Source of the DNA: a virus
DNA: 64,000 nt
Virus record (IMG/VR): IMGVR_UViG_3300025005_000002
Coordinates: 1 to 64,000 of that record
Reading direction: 5' to 3' (one strand)
Part shown: positions 41,346 to 51,639 of the stretch, in pieces
Layout of the letters: each line of letters starts with the position of its first letter
Position numbering within the stretch: position 1 is the stretch's first letter
Made by a program: the position numbers and the translations under genes
Notes under the pieces: model-generated
Told to the model about the DNA's origin: nothing
Database searches by the model: none
Seen by the model: the letters and a program-made list of their open reading frames with translations, nothing else

Positions 41346-42051
41346 TTATGTCACTTGGCTTTTAGAAAACAAACTCAATCGTATGATTGAATTAGGTAAG
41401 TTAAGCAAGAGAAGTATAGTTAGAGCAGGTAAGGCTAGTATGTTTAAGTCATATAGAACATGGAAAACAGGGTTTGACAGGGGCACCAAGAATATAATAA
41501 AAAATAAAGGATATGAAATTAAAAAACGACTAGTGCATCCAATGTTTAGTAATACGAATGCTATGAATAAAACTGTTAATATGGCTGATCCTAGAACAAT
41601 TAAAGTGAATACACGTGGTATGGCATCATTAATAGCAAGGCATGAAGCAGATGAGGTCAAGGCAATATCACATTTATTACCCACCAAAAATAAAGCGCGA
41701 TTGTTTGCGATTGGTGGTATGGATGCACCGATTAATAGATCATATTTATATAAAGGACATGCAAGTCCTACAGTATTACAATCAGAAAAAAGGTACACCA
41801 ATTTTTCTAGTAGTGTATATGGTAAAAAATCTGGAGGGCATGTTATACAGAACAACAGGGATATACTTGGGGCATATAAAGATTTGGGTAATAAAAGTGA
41901 TATTAAAAAATTTTTAGTTCAACAACATAATGATATTAATAAGGCAATTAATGTTGGTACCAATATACCGAAGAATAAAAAATTAATATTAATGAAGAAG
42001 ATTAATAAATCTATAAAATATAAAGAAAGATTTTCGAAATTTGATGGGTGA
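41338..42051 (+). CDS. Basic protein with LLE leader and HE motif
   Basis: MFNYVTWLLEN; LIARHEADE. Confidence 0.55.
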   Translation: MFNYVTWLLENKLNRMIELGKLSKRSIVRAGKASMFKSYRTWKTGFDRGTKNIIKNKGYEIKKRLVHPMFSNTNAMNKTVNMADPRTIKVNTRGMASLIARHEADEVKAISHLLPTKNKARLFAIGGMDAPINRSYLYKGHASPTVLQSEKRYTNFSSSVYGKKSGGHVIQNNRDILGAYKDLGNKSDIKKFLVQQHNDINKAINVGTNIPKNKKLILMKKINKSIKYKERFSKFDG

Positions 42052-42058
42052 TAGACCA

Positions 42059-42343
42059 ATGAAGCATAAAATAGATAGGCTTGTTGAAGTATATATACAA
42101 TTAGAGGAAATTAGTCCTGGGTATGTCTATAAAACTATGATGGCTGTTCCAGTTGCGAGATCAAATGAATTTGGGGCAAAATTGCTCACAAAAAATCCAA
42201 GATTATTAGCCAAGGTTTCAAAAATTATGGGTAGAGCAAAACCAGGGTATAAGAAATATACTGATATGACTAGGAAACAAATTATTCCAGGGATACTTGG
42301 GAAAAACCAAAATATACTGAAATCATTAGGTATTATAAAATAA
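42059..42343 (+). CDS. Small basic protein with LVE leader
   Basis: MKHKIDRLVE...LEEISPGYV. Confidence 0.5.
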   Translation: MKHKIDRLVEVYIQLEEISPGYVYKTMMAVPVARSNEFGAKLLTKNPRLLAKVSKIMGRAKPGYKKYTDMTRKQIIPGILGKNQNILKSLGIIK

Positions 42344-42544
42344 ATGTGCAAATTTTGGCCCAACAATAAGGCTGATCAGCCAAATGTATTCCCTGCACAG
42401 ATAGTATATGACTGTTTCCAATGTGACGAGGCTTTTATTGGAAATATTACGCATTGCCCTAAATGTGGGGCTAAATTATATCAATTATATCCATTCCATG
42501 GTACTGGTATAAGTGAGTGTTTAGAAGCAATGAAAACACGATAA
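42344..42544 (+). CDS. Zinc-ribbon protein
   Basis: CFQC...CPKCG. Confidence 0.6.
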   Translation: MCKFWPNNKADQPNVFPAQIVYDCFQCDEAFIGNITHCPKCGAKLYQLYPFHGTGISECLEAMKTR

Positions 42545-42571
42545 AAACGTAAAATTAGGAGGTTTAATAGC

Positions 42572-43039
42572 ATGGGAATGTATGATAATGTAAATTTAGA
42601 ATTGACCACACCATTACCAGAATTTGAAGGTGACCCAGCTTTAGTAGAATGGCAGACTAAGGATATCCATCATGATCCATGTTTAGATACCTATATTATT
42701 AAGGGCAATAGACTAGTTAAAATTTGCCATGAATGGGAAGAAGTACCTATGGGGGAACGTGTAAATATTATGGGTCTAAATGTTCCACTAATTAGGCCCA
42801 AGAAGACATGGGAGGAGGATACTGAGTATCATGGAAAGTTTAATTTCTATACAAATATAGATACTAAAGATAAGGATGGTAAGGAAATTCAAATTTGGTA
42901 TGAATATATAGCGAAATTTACAGATGGAGAATTGGTTAATATTAGTATAGTTGCTAAGAATAGTGAATATTCACATAGTATCGTATTACCCCCAGAAAAG
43001 GACATAATATTAACACATGAATATGGGAAGAGGGATTAA
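42572..43039 (+). CDS. Conserved phage hypothetical protein
   Basis: MGMYD...WQTKD...YHGKFNFY...YIAKFTDG pattern familiar from phage proteins; AGGAGG RBS. Confidence 0.65.
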   Translation: MGMYDNVNLELTTPLPEFEGDPALVEWQTKDIHHDPCLDTYIIKGNRLVKICHEWEEVPMGERVNIMGLNVPLIRPKKTWEEDTEYHGKFNFYTNIDTKDKDGKEIQIWYEYIAKFTDGELVNISIVAKNSEYSHSIVLPPEKDIILTHEYGKRD

Positions 43040-43239
43040 ATAATGCAACACAAAGGATGTAATCATGCAAAACAAAAAAGGTCCTGTTGTCCGAGCTGCC
43101 CAATTAAAGAATATAGTCAAGAAGGAAATCCCAATGGAGATACAAATTTGTCACGAGATATCCAATGGGTTCGCAGAGATAATAAATGAGATACGCGAAC
43201 AGGAGAAAAAGACACTAAATAATTACACAGAGAATTAAT

Positions 43240-46065
43240 TTGAATGTCTTAAAGAAAGATAATATATATTACGTAAATTCTGCTATTAGTGATAAAGAAA
43301 TAGCTAGTGTATCAATTGTATGGCAAATGGTTGGTGCGATTAGTATAACCAATGATATAAATATTCCAGTGATACATCAAAAATTGCATGATGTTTATAA
43401 CAGTATAACAAATATTTTCTATAGTAATGCCGAAAGAATGTAATTCCTACATATCGAATAGGGAACAAACTATATTTCTTATGCTTATACATCACATATT
43501 GACTATGGTATCTATCCAATACGAACCAATAATCTCGATAAAATTGAATAATTTAATTATTAATTTGGCTGAGGATTTACAGAGATTACCAATAGCTCAT
43601 ACACGATGAGACTTAAATCTATAGATCAATTAATTAAAGATAGAGAACCACTTAGTCAGGTTATAATATTAGTATCAACTGCTAGGTTGATGATATCCCC
43701 AATTAATTATGTAAATCCTTACATAATGAAACATTTTTCTGATAATAAGGAAGTAGGAGAGATATTTAGACGACTATGGTCATTATATGGAAAATTGCGT
43801 TATCTTAGGGGTACTATCGACCCATTTATATAAACCTATCATTAAACGATAAACAAATTATGGATAATGACATCGAGTATTGGCAGAAGTATCAAGTTAG
43901 TGAAAAATTAACTCAGTTTTTACATTGGATAATGAAAGCACAAATAAAAGGTAATACCTTTGAGCATTTAATAATAATTAGGGTTATAGGTATAAGAGAT
44001 ACAATATTTGACCAAGAATATGTAAGACATAATATGGAGCAATATCATAATGGAAATGACAGAATTAATAAACAAAATTAAAGCAGAATTATATATCGCA
44101 GAACATTTTATTAAATTATTTGGCATACCAAGGGATAGTGTTATCTGTGATATGTTATTAGATATTCGATGTAAATTAAATAATTTATATAAATATGAGG
44201 AAGTAAATAATATTACAAGTAAAGCACGTATTTCAATATGAAGGAGGTTATTGATATGGCATTAATAGCCCCAAAGCCTTGGCCAATACCAATTAATACA
44301 CAAAGTTGTATGATAACAGCTGGTGTAATGTATAGTGCGTCAATTAAGGGTACTGAAATAAATAGTTTGATATGTGAAGCATATGATTTAATCCATAAGT
44401 ATGAAAATTTTTATGGTGATACAAACATGAGAAGTGAGTGTAATGATAGGTTAGATAGGGTAAGAAATTTGGTAATACTGCAATGGCCAAAATATCAAGG
44501 TATGACAGGACAGAGTACACTGACTGGTTCATTGATATATGGTAGTAAGGAAGATTATTCGTTAAAGTCAAAAAATCCTTGGTATAAACCTATTGAGGAA
44601 TTAGCCAAGGCAATAGCATGGAATTTAGGTTTATATAAGATATCATGACAAAGGATCAAAAACAATTTAGTATGTTGTATTGTCTTAGAATAAATTTATT
44701 TTATGGTATGGATATGTGTGACAAGGCAGGTTTGTCATATATATTGATAAATAAGATTGAACATGTTAAGGACGATATTACTAAGTTGAGTAATTATTTT
44801 GGTGATATGGGGTTAAGATGACAGATATAGTTTACCAAAATGAGGTTGATGATGCAACTTGGTTGTTATATCATGCTTATATTTATATTAAAAAATATAA
44901 TGAAATACCAGAATTTCAAATACCACCATTTAGAGTAGGTTTAGCAGGTAGAATGAAGGATTTATTAAGGATGTGGGGTAATATGAATTGGCGTGAGGAG
45001 GTTTAGCAATGAAAGTAAATTGGTGGGGTGTTTTGGGTATGGTTTTAATAATAATATCAGCATGTATTATGATTAAGGTGATTATATTATTGTTAGTTTG
45101 AGTGGGTTTAGTTGTGTAACGCCCATTAATGTAACGTTCAATTTACCTATAAAAATTTGCATTTATTTGTAGGAGTATACACATGGCAATACCACCAGGA
45201 TATGATAAAGATTGGTTGATAACTACCAGGTATTGGATATCACAGACTATTAAGAATATAAACCAAGCTAATTTACCCAGGGAATTGGTCATTAAGATGC
45301 ACACTATTAATGAATCAATAGATGATATAATGTTTAATTCAGAAAATGGTTATACAAAATGGGCAAGATCATTAATACCAGAGAAGCCCCTTAATGATGT
45401 CAAAAGATAAGGTAGGAGACAGTATTGATATGTGGGAGGTACAAGATCGTTTGGATTATGCTTACGTGAATTTAATTAAGTTGTATTATATGGATTTGGC
45501 TAGAAGGGTAAGGGAATTAGCAAATAGTGTAGTCAGTGTGGCGTATGACGGATGACAAGAGTAAATATGGTTGAGTGTATTACTAGTTTAACATTTGAAC
45601 ATAATGCTAATATTATGAAAGTAGTGAATATGTTACGTGATGTGTATAATTTGGTAGATATTATTAATGTTAGGGATAAAATACAAAAGGTAGATGTAAA
45701 ATTAGTAAGACGATTAAAGTACACGGGGTAATGGGTAAGGTAGGTCATATTGCCCAGGTATGTACGCACATTACAAAAGTGCCATATAACTTAGATTTGA
45801 GGGATGTTCAGTACAGGATAATGATATTGCGCCTTGATCTTTTAATATTATTGCAAGACATTAGAGATAAATGCCAAAATCACAGGTAAGCACATTGGGC
45901 ATGATTAAGGAAGATATAGAGAAGTTAAACCATTCAATTAGGTTATATAAAGTTGTAAGTAAGTTAGAAGATACATTATACCCTTTCCCAGAGTTTTTAG
46001 TAATAAATAAAAGGACCATTGTGTTAATGAATAATATAAGGAAGTTAATAAACGATAAGAAATGA
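43240..46065 (+). other. Array 1 of coupled 50-75-aa AT-rich helical mini-ORFs
   Basis: 43240-43443, 43427-43609, 43606-43833, 43860-44081, 44050-44241, 44238-44648, 44645-44821, 44818-45006, 45183-45410, 45397-45555, 45552-45731, 45731-45889, 45871-46065; many ATGA/TAATG overlaps. Confidence 0.6.
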
Positions 46066-46186
46066 TGTTACATAAGGAAATTAAGTTATGGGGATATTTA
46101 CATGGTATTAAATGATTTATTTTTATTATGTAATAGGTTAAGTATGGAAGAAATATGTAAAAAGATAGAGAGTGTAGAATATAAAT

Positions 46187-46277
46187 TGCAACAAAATGTT
46201 GCGTTACTGGATAACCCATGCAACATTTTGTTGCACCCCCATGCAACATTTTGTTGCACCCATGCAACATTTTGTTG
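46187..46277. repeat. Four palindromic operator-like boxes TGCAACA-NNN-TGTTGCA
   Basis: Boxes at 46187, 46219, 46242 and 46263; the first has an AAA spacer and the others TTT; first and last differ at the terminal base. Confidence 0.85.
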
Positions 46278-46290
46278 TATATAATATTTT

Positions 46291-46590
46291 AAATATATCC
46301 TTAGTTTTATTTTAATACCCCTAAAAATATATCCTTAGTTTTATTTTAATACCCCTAAAAATATATCCTTAGTTTTATTTTAATACCCCTAAAAATATAT
46401 CCTTAGTTTTATTTTAATACCCCTAAAAATATATCCTTAGTTTTATTTTAATACCCCTAAAAATATATCCTTAGTTTTATTTTAATACCCCTAAAAATAT
46501 ATCCTTAGTTTTATTTTAATACCCCTAAAAATATATCCTTAGTTTTATTTTAATACCCCTAAAAATATATCCTTAGTTTTATTTTAATAC
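46291..46590. repeat. Nine tandem 34-bp repeats without spacers (iteron/origin-like)
   Basis: Unit AAAAATATATCCTTAGTTTTATTTTAATACCCCT; seven full identical copies at 46323-46560 plus truncated first and last copies. Confidence 0.95.
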
Positions 46591-46666
46591 ATCATAGGGG
46601 GAATGAAGGGGTAGAAATAAATATACCCCTACCATATGCCCTATACGGGCAACAGGAGGCAATAGA

Positions 46667-46837
46667 ATGACCGAATCTACCGGGCAGGAAGAGAAGCGCG
46701 ACTACACCAAGATGGCAAAGGGCATTGGTGACGAGGCTCTCAAGGCTGTCAGGGACGTGGTTTGTGTGGCGGTCGGCGTCGCCCTGTACGCCTGGATCAG
46801 CGCCCTGGGCACCAAGAACGAGACGCCCCAGGCGTAA
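46667..46837 (+). CDS. 56-aa GC-rich membrane-associated protein (not in ORF track)
   Basis: AGGAGG RBS; MTESTGQEEKR...VVCVAVGVALYAWISALG...PQA*. Confidence 0.65.
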   Translation: MTESTGQEEKRDYTKMAKGIGDEALKAVRDVVCVAVGVALYAWISALGTKNETPQA

Positions 46838-46844
46838 CAGGTAT

Positions 46845-46926
46845 GCTTTGGGAGGGCAGGTTGTTAATACTGCCCTCCCAAAGCGTAAAAAAATTTGTCT
46901 CATATAGATTTATAGAAATTAGTATT
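46845..46926 (+). promoter_or_regulatory. Stem-loop plus conserved downstream motif, copy 1
   Basis: 15-bp perfect stem 46845-46859/46870-46884, then gtaaaaaaatttgtct-N-gaaattagtatt. Confidence 0.6.
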
Positions 46927-46938
46927 TGGGGGGATAAT

Positions 46939-47028
46939 ATGAAATGGACACCTAAAAAGGCAATATGCTTTGGGGTAGGATTAATTATATTTGGTGTTTG
47001 GTGGTTACGGAAACAGATCATAGGATAA
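46939..47028 (+). CDS. 29-aa single-TM peptide
   Basis: MKWTPKKAICFGVGLIIFGVWWLRKQIIG*; G-rich RBS. Confidence 0.5.
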   Translation: MKWTPKKAICFGVGLIIFGVWWLRKQIIG

Positions 47029-47035
47029 GATTACT

Positions 47036-47112
47036 TTTGGGGTAGCGCTAATATTAGGCTACCCCAAAGCGTAAAAAAATTTGTCTTGTGTAAATTTCCG
47101 GAAATTAGTATT
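47036..47112 (+). promoter_or_regulatory. Stem-loop plus conserved downstream motif, copy 2
   Basis: 11-bp stem 47036-47046/47058-47068; 24 bp (cccaaagcgtaaaaaaatttgtct) identical to copy 1. Confidence 0.6.
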
Positions 47113-47153
47113 GAAAAAATATTTTTGGTAAGAGTACCAAAACCTGCTCATTA

Positions 47154-47284
47154 TCGCATTAGTATCTAATGATACTAATGTTAGTTAATCTAATAATAAT
47201 AATTTGACAGTATATTTTGTGGTTTACTTGGTGTCGCATTAGTATCTAATGATACTAATGTTAGTTAATCTAATAATAATAATT
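47154..47284. repeat. Two 51-bp direct repeats, 80 bp apart, each containing a 10-4-10 palindrome
   Basis: 47154-47204 and 47234-47284; CATTAGTATC-TAAT-GATACTAATG. Confidence 0.9.
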
Positions 47285-47351
47285 AACCTTGTCTCTCGAT
47301 CTAAGGGAAAGGATATCTTGATAAAGATATATAAAATGAATAGACATAAGG

Positions 47352-47540
47352 TTGATATATACCATGATTAAAACACAAATAGAAAAGGAAGAGGAAGTAA
47401 GAAAGACATTAATACAAGCATATCATATGTTACGTTTATATGATATAAATAAACAGTTAATTATAAGGGTGTATAATGTGTCTGTGAAAATTAGACTGTT
47501 GCCCATATACATAAAGTATGTGGGCAACAGGAGGCAATAG
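47352..47540 (+). CDS. Helical mini-protein
   Basis: Same two-helix pattern as array 1. Confidence 0.45.
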   Translation: MIYTMIKTQIEKEEEVRKTLIQAYHMLRLYDINKQLIIRVYNVSVKIRLLPIYIKYVGNRRQ

Positions 47541-47541
47541 A

Positions 47542-47730
47542 ATGACCGAACCTACCGGTTATCTATTTACAACACATAAAGATAAAGTTAAATTGTGCGC
47601 TAAAGTTTATATACGCTGTTATTTATTAGAAGTATTTACAACACCATATATAAGTATAGAGTTAAAAATAAAATTAAAAAAGTTTATGCTAAATTATATA
47701 GCATATAGAGACATACACCACACAAGGTAA
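47542..47730 (+). CDS. Helical mini-protein
   Basis: AGGAGG RBS; starts MTEPTG, with an RBS/start block duplicated from 46647-46683. Confidence 0.5.
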   Translation: MTEPTGYLFTTHKDKVKLCAKVYIRCYLLEVFTTPYISIELKIKLKKFMLNYIAYRDIHHTR

Positions 47731-48327
47731 TTATATATAGAGAGTCTGGTCGTGTACAAGGTCATAATATACTATATATTATAATACGGAGGGGGCCCAA
47801 TTTGGATATACACATATTTTTCACGGAAATAATATAGATTCATGGATAGTGATATAGATTCACGTCTCAGATTATTGTGCGAGGCCATTTTTGCTCTGCC
47901 GTGGTCCTTTGGTGGTAAAAGTAAGATGGACAAAGTTTGGAGTAGATTAGTATATGCTGGATATCTAATTAAGAATTACCAGGAAGTAGTGAAGGTCCAT
48001 ATTTAGTCATGATGTACTTGTGCACGTGTAATAATAATGAAGGTGGAAAGGGTATAAACAAATATATCACCAAATGGGAGGTATGGAGAGCCCTTAGGAA
48101 CGCAGAAATAGCAATGTTAAAATACAAAACAAAAGGAGATAACAAATGATTAAGATCATGATAATCATCTTCGTTTTAATATTTGCCCTATACATTTTAC
48201 GAAAAGTTGCCGAGTACAATTATAAACGGTGGGGTAGATTCGATGAATAAGAAATATCTAAAGTATGATCCGTTACACCAGCAAGGAAAGAGAGGAAGGG
48301 GAAAAAAGGAATGATGACGAAAGAAGC

Positions 48328-51300
48328 GCCGCCGCGCCAGCGGCGAGGGGAGGGAAGGATGAAGCCGATCAAGGCGTGGGCGATAGGAACATTTTCGGGC
48401 GGTAAACTGTTGGGCATCGTTAGATACCAACTCAAAATGAAGACGAGGGAACCGTGTCTATACCATACCAAGGCTGACGCGCTCCGTGATGTCGAAATTG
48501 CCCTGCCGGAGGATATAACCGCTCGCCCCGTCCGCGTGACGATCACGGTGGAGGAATAGGGGGGAGAGATGATGGAAAGATGCGGCAAATGCGGGATGGT
48601 AGAGGAAAGTTCAATCCACGACATCAACAGTCCAGATACAGAAATACGAAGGGTGGCGCATCACTTCGAGTTGGTAGCCCCATGCCCTCGATGCGCCATA
48701 AAGGACGCCGCCCTCGCCGCCGCCAACGCCGAGAAGGACTTCTGGAAGTCGCACGATAAAGATGCCGACATTGTACGCGATTCCTACAACAAGGCCATTG
48801 AGGAAAGCGATCTTATTCGCGCTGACCTCGCCATCGCCAAGGCCGAGCTGACACGGCTGCGGGAGGCGATTGGGTGGGCAGAGTCTCACGCCCAAATATA
48901 CGCCACTGTCGGCGGATATAGATACGTTGATTTCGCATCCGAACTACGTCGCCGCGCCGGCGGCGAGGGGGAGGGCGGAATGATGTGGTGGTGCTGTTCC
49001 GCAGACTATCCCGATCACGATGAGAATTGCAAAGGAGGTGAGGGAAGGATGACGAGTGATCTTACTTGTGAGGATTGCGGGAGGGAGTTGCAGTTTGGCG
49101 TGGATGGGGTTTGTCGGTGTGGGAAACAACTATGCTTTGACTGTCACGAAAAGAATCACAAACGTTGCTATGAGATACCGGTACCTGGTGTGAAGGTCCC
49201 GGTGGGGGAATAGGAGGGGACGTGGACACTATAAGTTGTCAGCATGGCAATCTCGCCCGGTCCTGCGAAATCTGTGCATTGATCGCCGAGCGGGACGCGC
49301 TGAGGGAGGAAAACACCCGGTTCCGAGAGAAGCTGGACCGGGAGAAGATGGCGAAGATATTATGCGGCGGCAGAATGCGATGGAACGGGCTGTTCGAACT
49401 CACCCGCGACGGGTACAGAAGCGATGCCGACGTCCTGATCGCCTATCTTACCGAGTAGGAGGGGAACATATGTTACACCCGAACACAGGAATTGATCTCG
49501 GCAGGGAGGCTGACGAGGTTCGCAAGGAGAACGCCTCCTTTCGCGCCGCCCTCGCCGCCGCCGACGCGGAGCTGACGCGGCTGCGGGAGAGTAACGCGAG
49601 TCTGCTTGAAGGACTAAAATGCGTTGCCGACTTCGCATCCATGCCGCCCCGCGTAAGCCATGGCGCAAGTAACGGGAAGGATGAAATAGACAAACTGATC
49701 GCGGACATCGCCCTCGATTTATTGAAGCGGGTTGAATATAGATTGAGCCGCGCCGACGGCGAGGGGAGGGAAGGATGAGCATTAATTGTGGATCGTGCGG
49801 AACGCCGTTGTACCACATTGACGAAGCCTGCCCGAATTGTTTGGCCGGGTCTCGGCTTGTCGATAGGCCACCAACACACCATATTCTCCCATGCCCCCAA
49901 TGCGCCCGCTTCCGAGAGAAGTTGGACAGGGAGAAGATGATTGAAACGGTGCTCGCGGGAACGAAAGGGGTATGGACATACGATACCCTTACCGATTTCC
50001 TTATTAAATATCTCACCGAGTAGGAGGAAACAATGTACCAAGTATGCACGTGCCCGCAGTCGAATCTTACGGACGGGGATCCACATTGTTCCGTTCATGG
50101 GCAACCGTCGGAGTATAAGACTTATTCGTATTGCGAATCCTGTGTCGCCCTCCGCGCCGACCTCGCCGCCGCCAACGCCGCCAAAGAGGAAGAACAGAAG
50201 CGAAAGGAGTATTACCAAAATATCGTCTATGCGGTATGCAACGTACTCGATAAAATAAACGGATCGGCAATATGTTGCGGTACGAAAGACACTCCAACAA
50301 ATGAAGTCCAGGAAGCGATGTGCAGTCTGCAATCGAGATTGGCGGAACACACTCGCTGGGTATTACTAAATGCTGTTGATAAGAACGCATTACAGGAAGC
50401 GGAGGCCCACGCCAAGCGCCTTGAGGAATATATGCTCAAGGGCGTCGCGTTCAGGGATGAACTGCAGGCCCGCGTGAAAGAGTTGGAGTGCCAGAAGAAA
50501 GCACTCCAGCAAGTGAACGGGGAAACGGAATACAGGTTGTGCATGATACGGGAGGCGATAAAACGGAATGTAATAGACGCGCCAGACTTGCAGGCGGGAA
50601 ATATGAACGAAGCATATTTGGCATCTCTTGAATTGCAGCGTAGGAAAGAAGCCCTTACTGAAGCATACACCTCTTCCCCCCCATGCCGACACGAAGAGGA
50701 AGCGAAGCGGCTGAGGGAGGAATCACAAAGTGGGTTGGCGATGACTTCCTGCCCAGTCTGTGAGAGTGATGGCGCAAACACAAATGAATACAGGATCAAC
50801 AAGGAAATACACCGGCTACGGGAGGCGGTGGAATGGGCGCTTGGCATGTTGGATGACAATTGCGATCGGAGGTATATCCAATCCGAACTCCGCCGCCGCG
50901 CAGGGGGTGTCGAATGATCGCCGCCTACCTGAAGGAGGGAAAATGATGACGAAAACCGAGTGGAAGGATTTCGAGCGGGTTGAGCATCTGGCTGATGCCG
51001 TGGATAACCATGGCGTCGGATTCGGGAACCCACCAATGGATGACCAGATGGCTAGAACTATCCTCGCCGCCTATCGGGAACTGAAGGAACGCCGGGAGGA
51101 CGAAGAGTGGCTGAAAAAGCATTACGCTGATCTTATCTATCGTAATGACGGTGCGGTCAGTCTCCATGCGGCAGGAATAATCGGCAGGGCTATAGGACCC
51201 ACCCTCCACGACGCTGTGGACGTCGCCCGGGGAGGAAAATGATGACGTTGCAGATGCTGTGGCTAACCGTTGTTGTCATAGTGGGGTTCGCATATGTGAT

Positions 51301-51639
51301 TTACTTATTGTGTAGGATATTTGATGCGATCAACGCCGCACGGGGGAAATAAAGATGCTGAAGGAAGAGAGAGTATTCCGCCTGCGACTCAAGAAATTGT
51401 GCGGTATTGCCAACTGCGACCCACGCCCCATTCTTCGAGAACTAACATGGGTCGTGAAAGCCGTCCGGGAGGACGATGCGAAAGTGGTTGAAGGATGCGG
51501 AAACGACGAATTATATGAAGCCATCTCTGATGCTGTCCGGAAGGGGAAGCCGGTGCAACAGTGTACGTATTGCGGCTTAATGAAAGAAAATATTACGTCC
51601 AATGGTGAATGCAGAACGTGCCGCGCTGCGCATATATAA
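48328..51639 (+). other. GC-rich island of short genes built from shuffled repeated modules
   Basis: Abrupt GC rise; repeated junction blocks; genes 48359-48559, 48569-49213, 49222-49458, 49470-49778, 49775-50023, 50033-50917, 50943-51242, 51355-51639. Confidence 0.75.
50033..50917 (+). CDS. Coiled-coil/Cys-rich mosaic hypothetical protein
   Basis: AGGAGG RBS; CxC, CxxC, LRADLAAANA and ELRRRAG modules. Confidence 0.6.
   Translation: MYQVCTCPQSNLTDGDPHCSVHGQPSEYKTYSYCESCVALRADLAAANAAKEEEQKRKEYYQNIVYAVCNVLDKINGSAICCGTKDTPTNEVQEAMCSLQSRLAEHTRWVLLNAVDKNALQEAEAHAKRLEEYMLKGVAFRDELQARVKELECQKKALQQVNGETEYRLCMIREAIKRNVIDAPDLQAGNMNEAYLASLELQRRKEALTEAYTSSPPCRHEEEAKRLREESQSGLAMTSCPVCESDGANTNEYRINKEIHRLREAVEWALGMLDDNCDRRYIQSELRRRAGGVE

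Noticed and set aside
1788-42366. Minus-strand ORFs overlapping structural and cargo genes
   Set aside because: Fully antisense to well-supported + strand genes, with no RBS or recognisable domains
43240-46065. Stop-codon reassignment as the cause of the many short ORFs
   Set aside because: Long genes end in TAA, TAG and TGA at natural boundaries, and the short ORFs change frame through ATGA/TAATG overlaps instead of continuing in frame
46291-46590. CRISPR or TIGR-like array
   Set aside because: The 34-bp units are contiguous and identical with no variable spacers; no cas or Nop-domain gene in the window
47204-47230. Sigma70 promoter from TTGACA at 47204
   Set aside because: No acceptable -10 hexamer at 16-18 bp spacing
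48197-51209. Long minus-strand and alternative-frame ORFs in the GC-rich island (e.g. 49448-50350, 50227-51036, 49236-49778)
   Set aside because: Shadow ORFs typical of GC-rich DNA; the + strand genes carry the RBSs and coupled junctions
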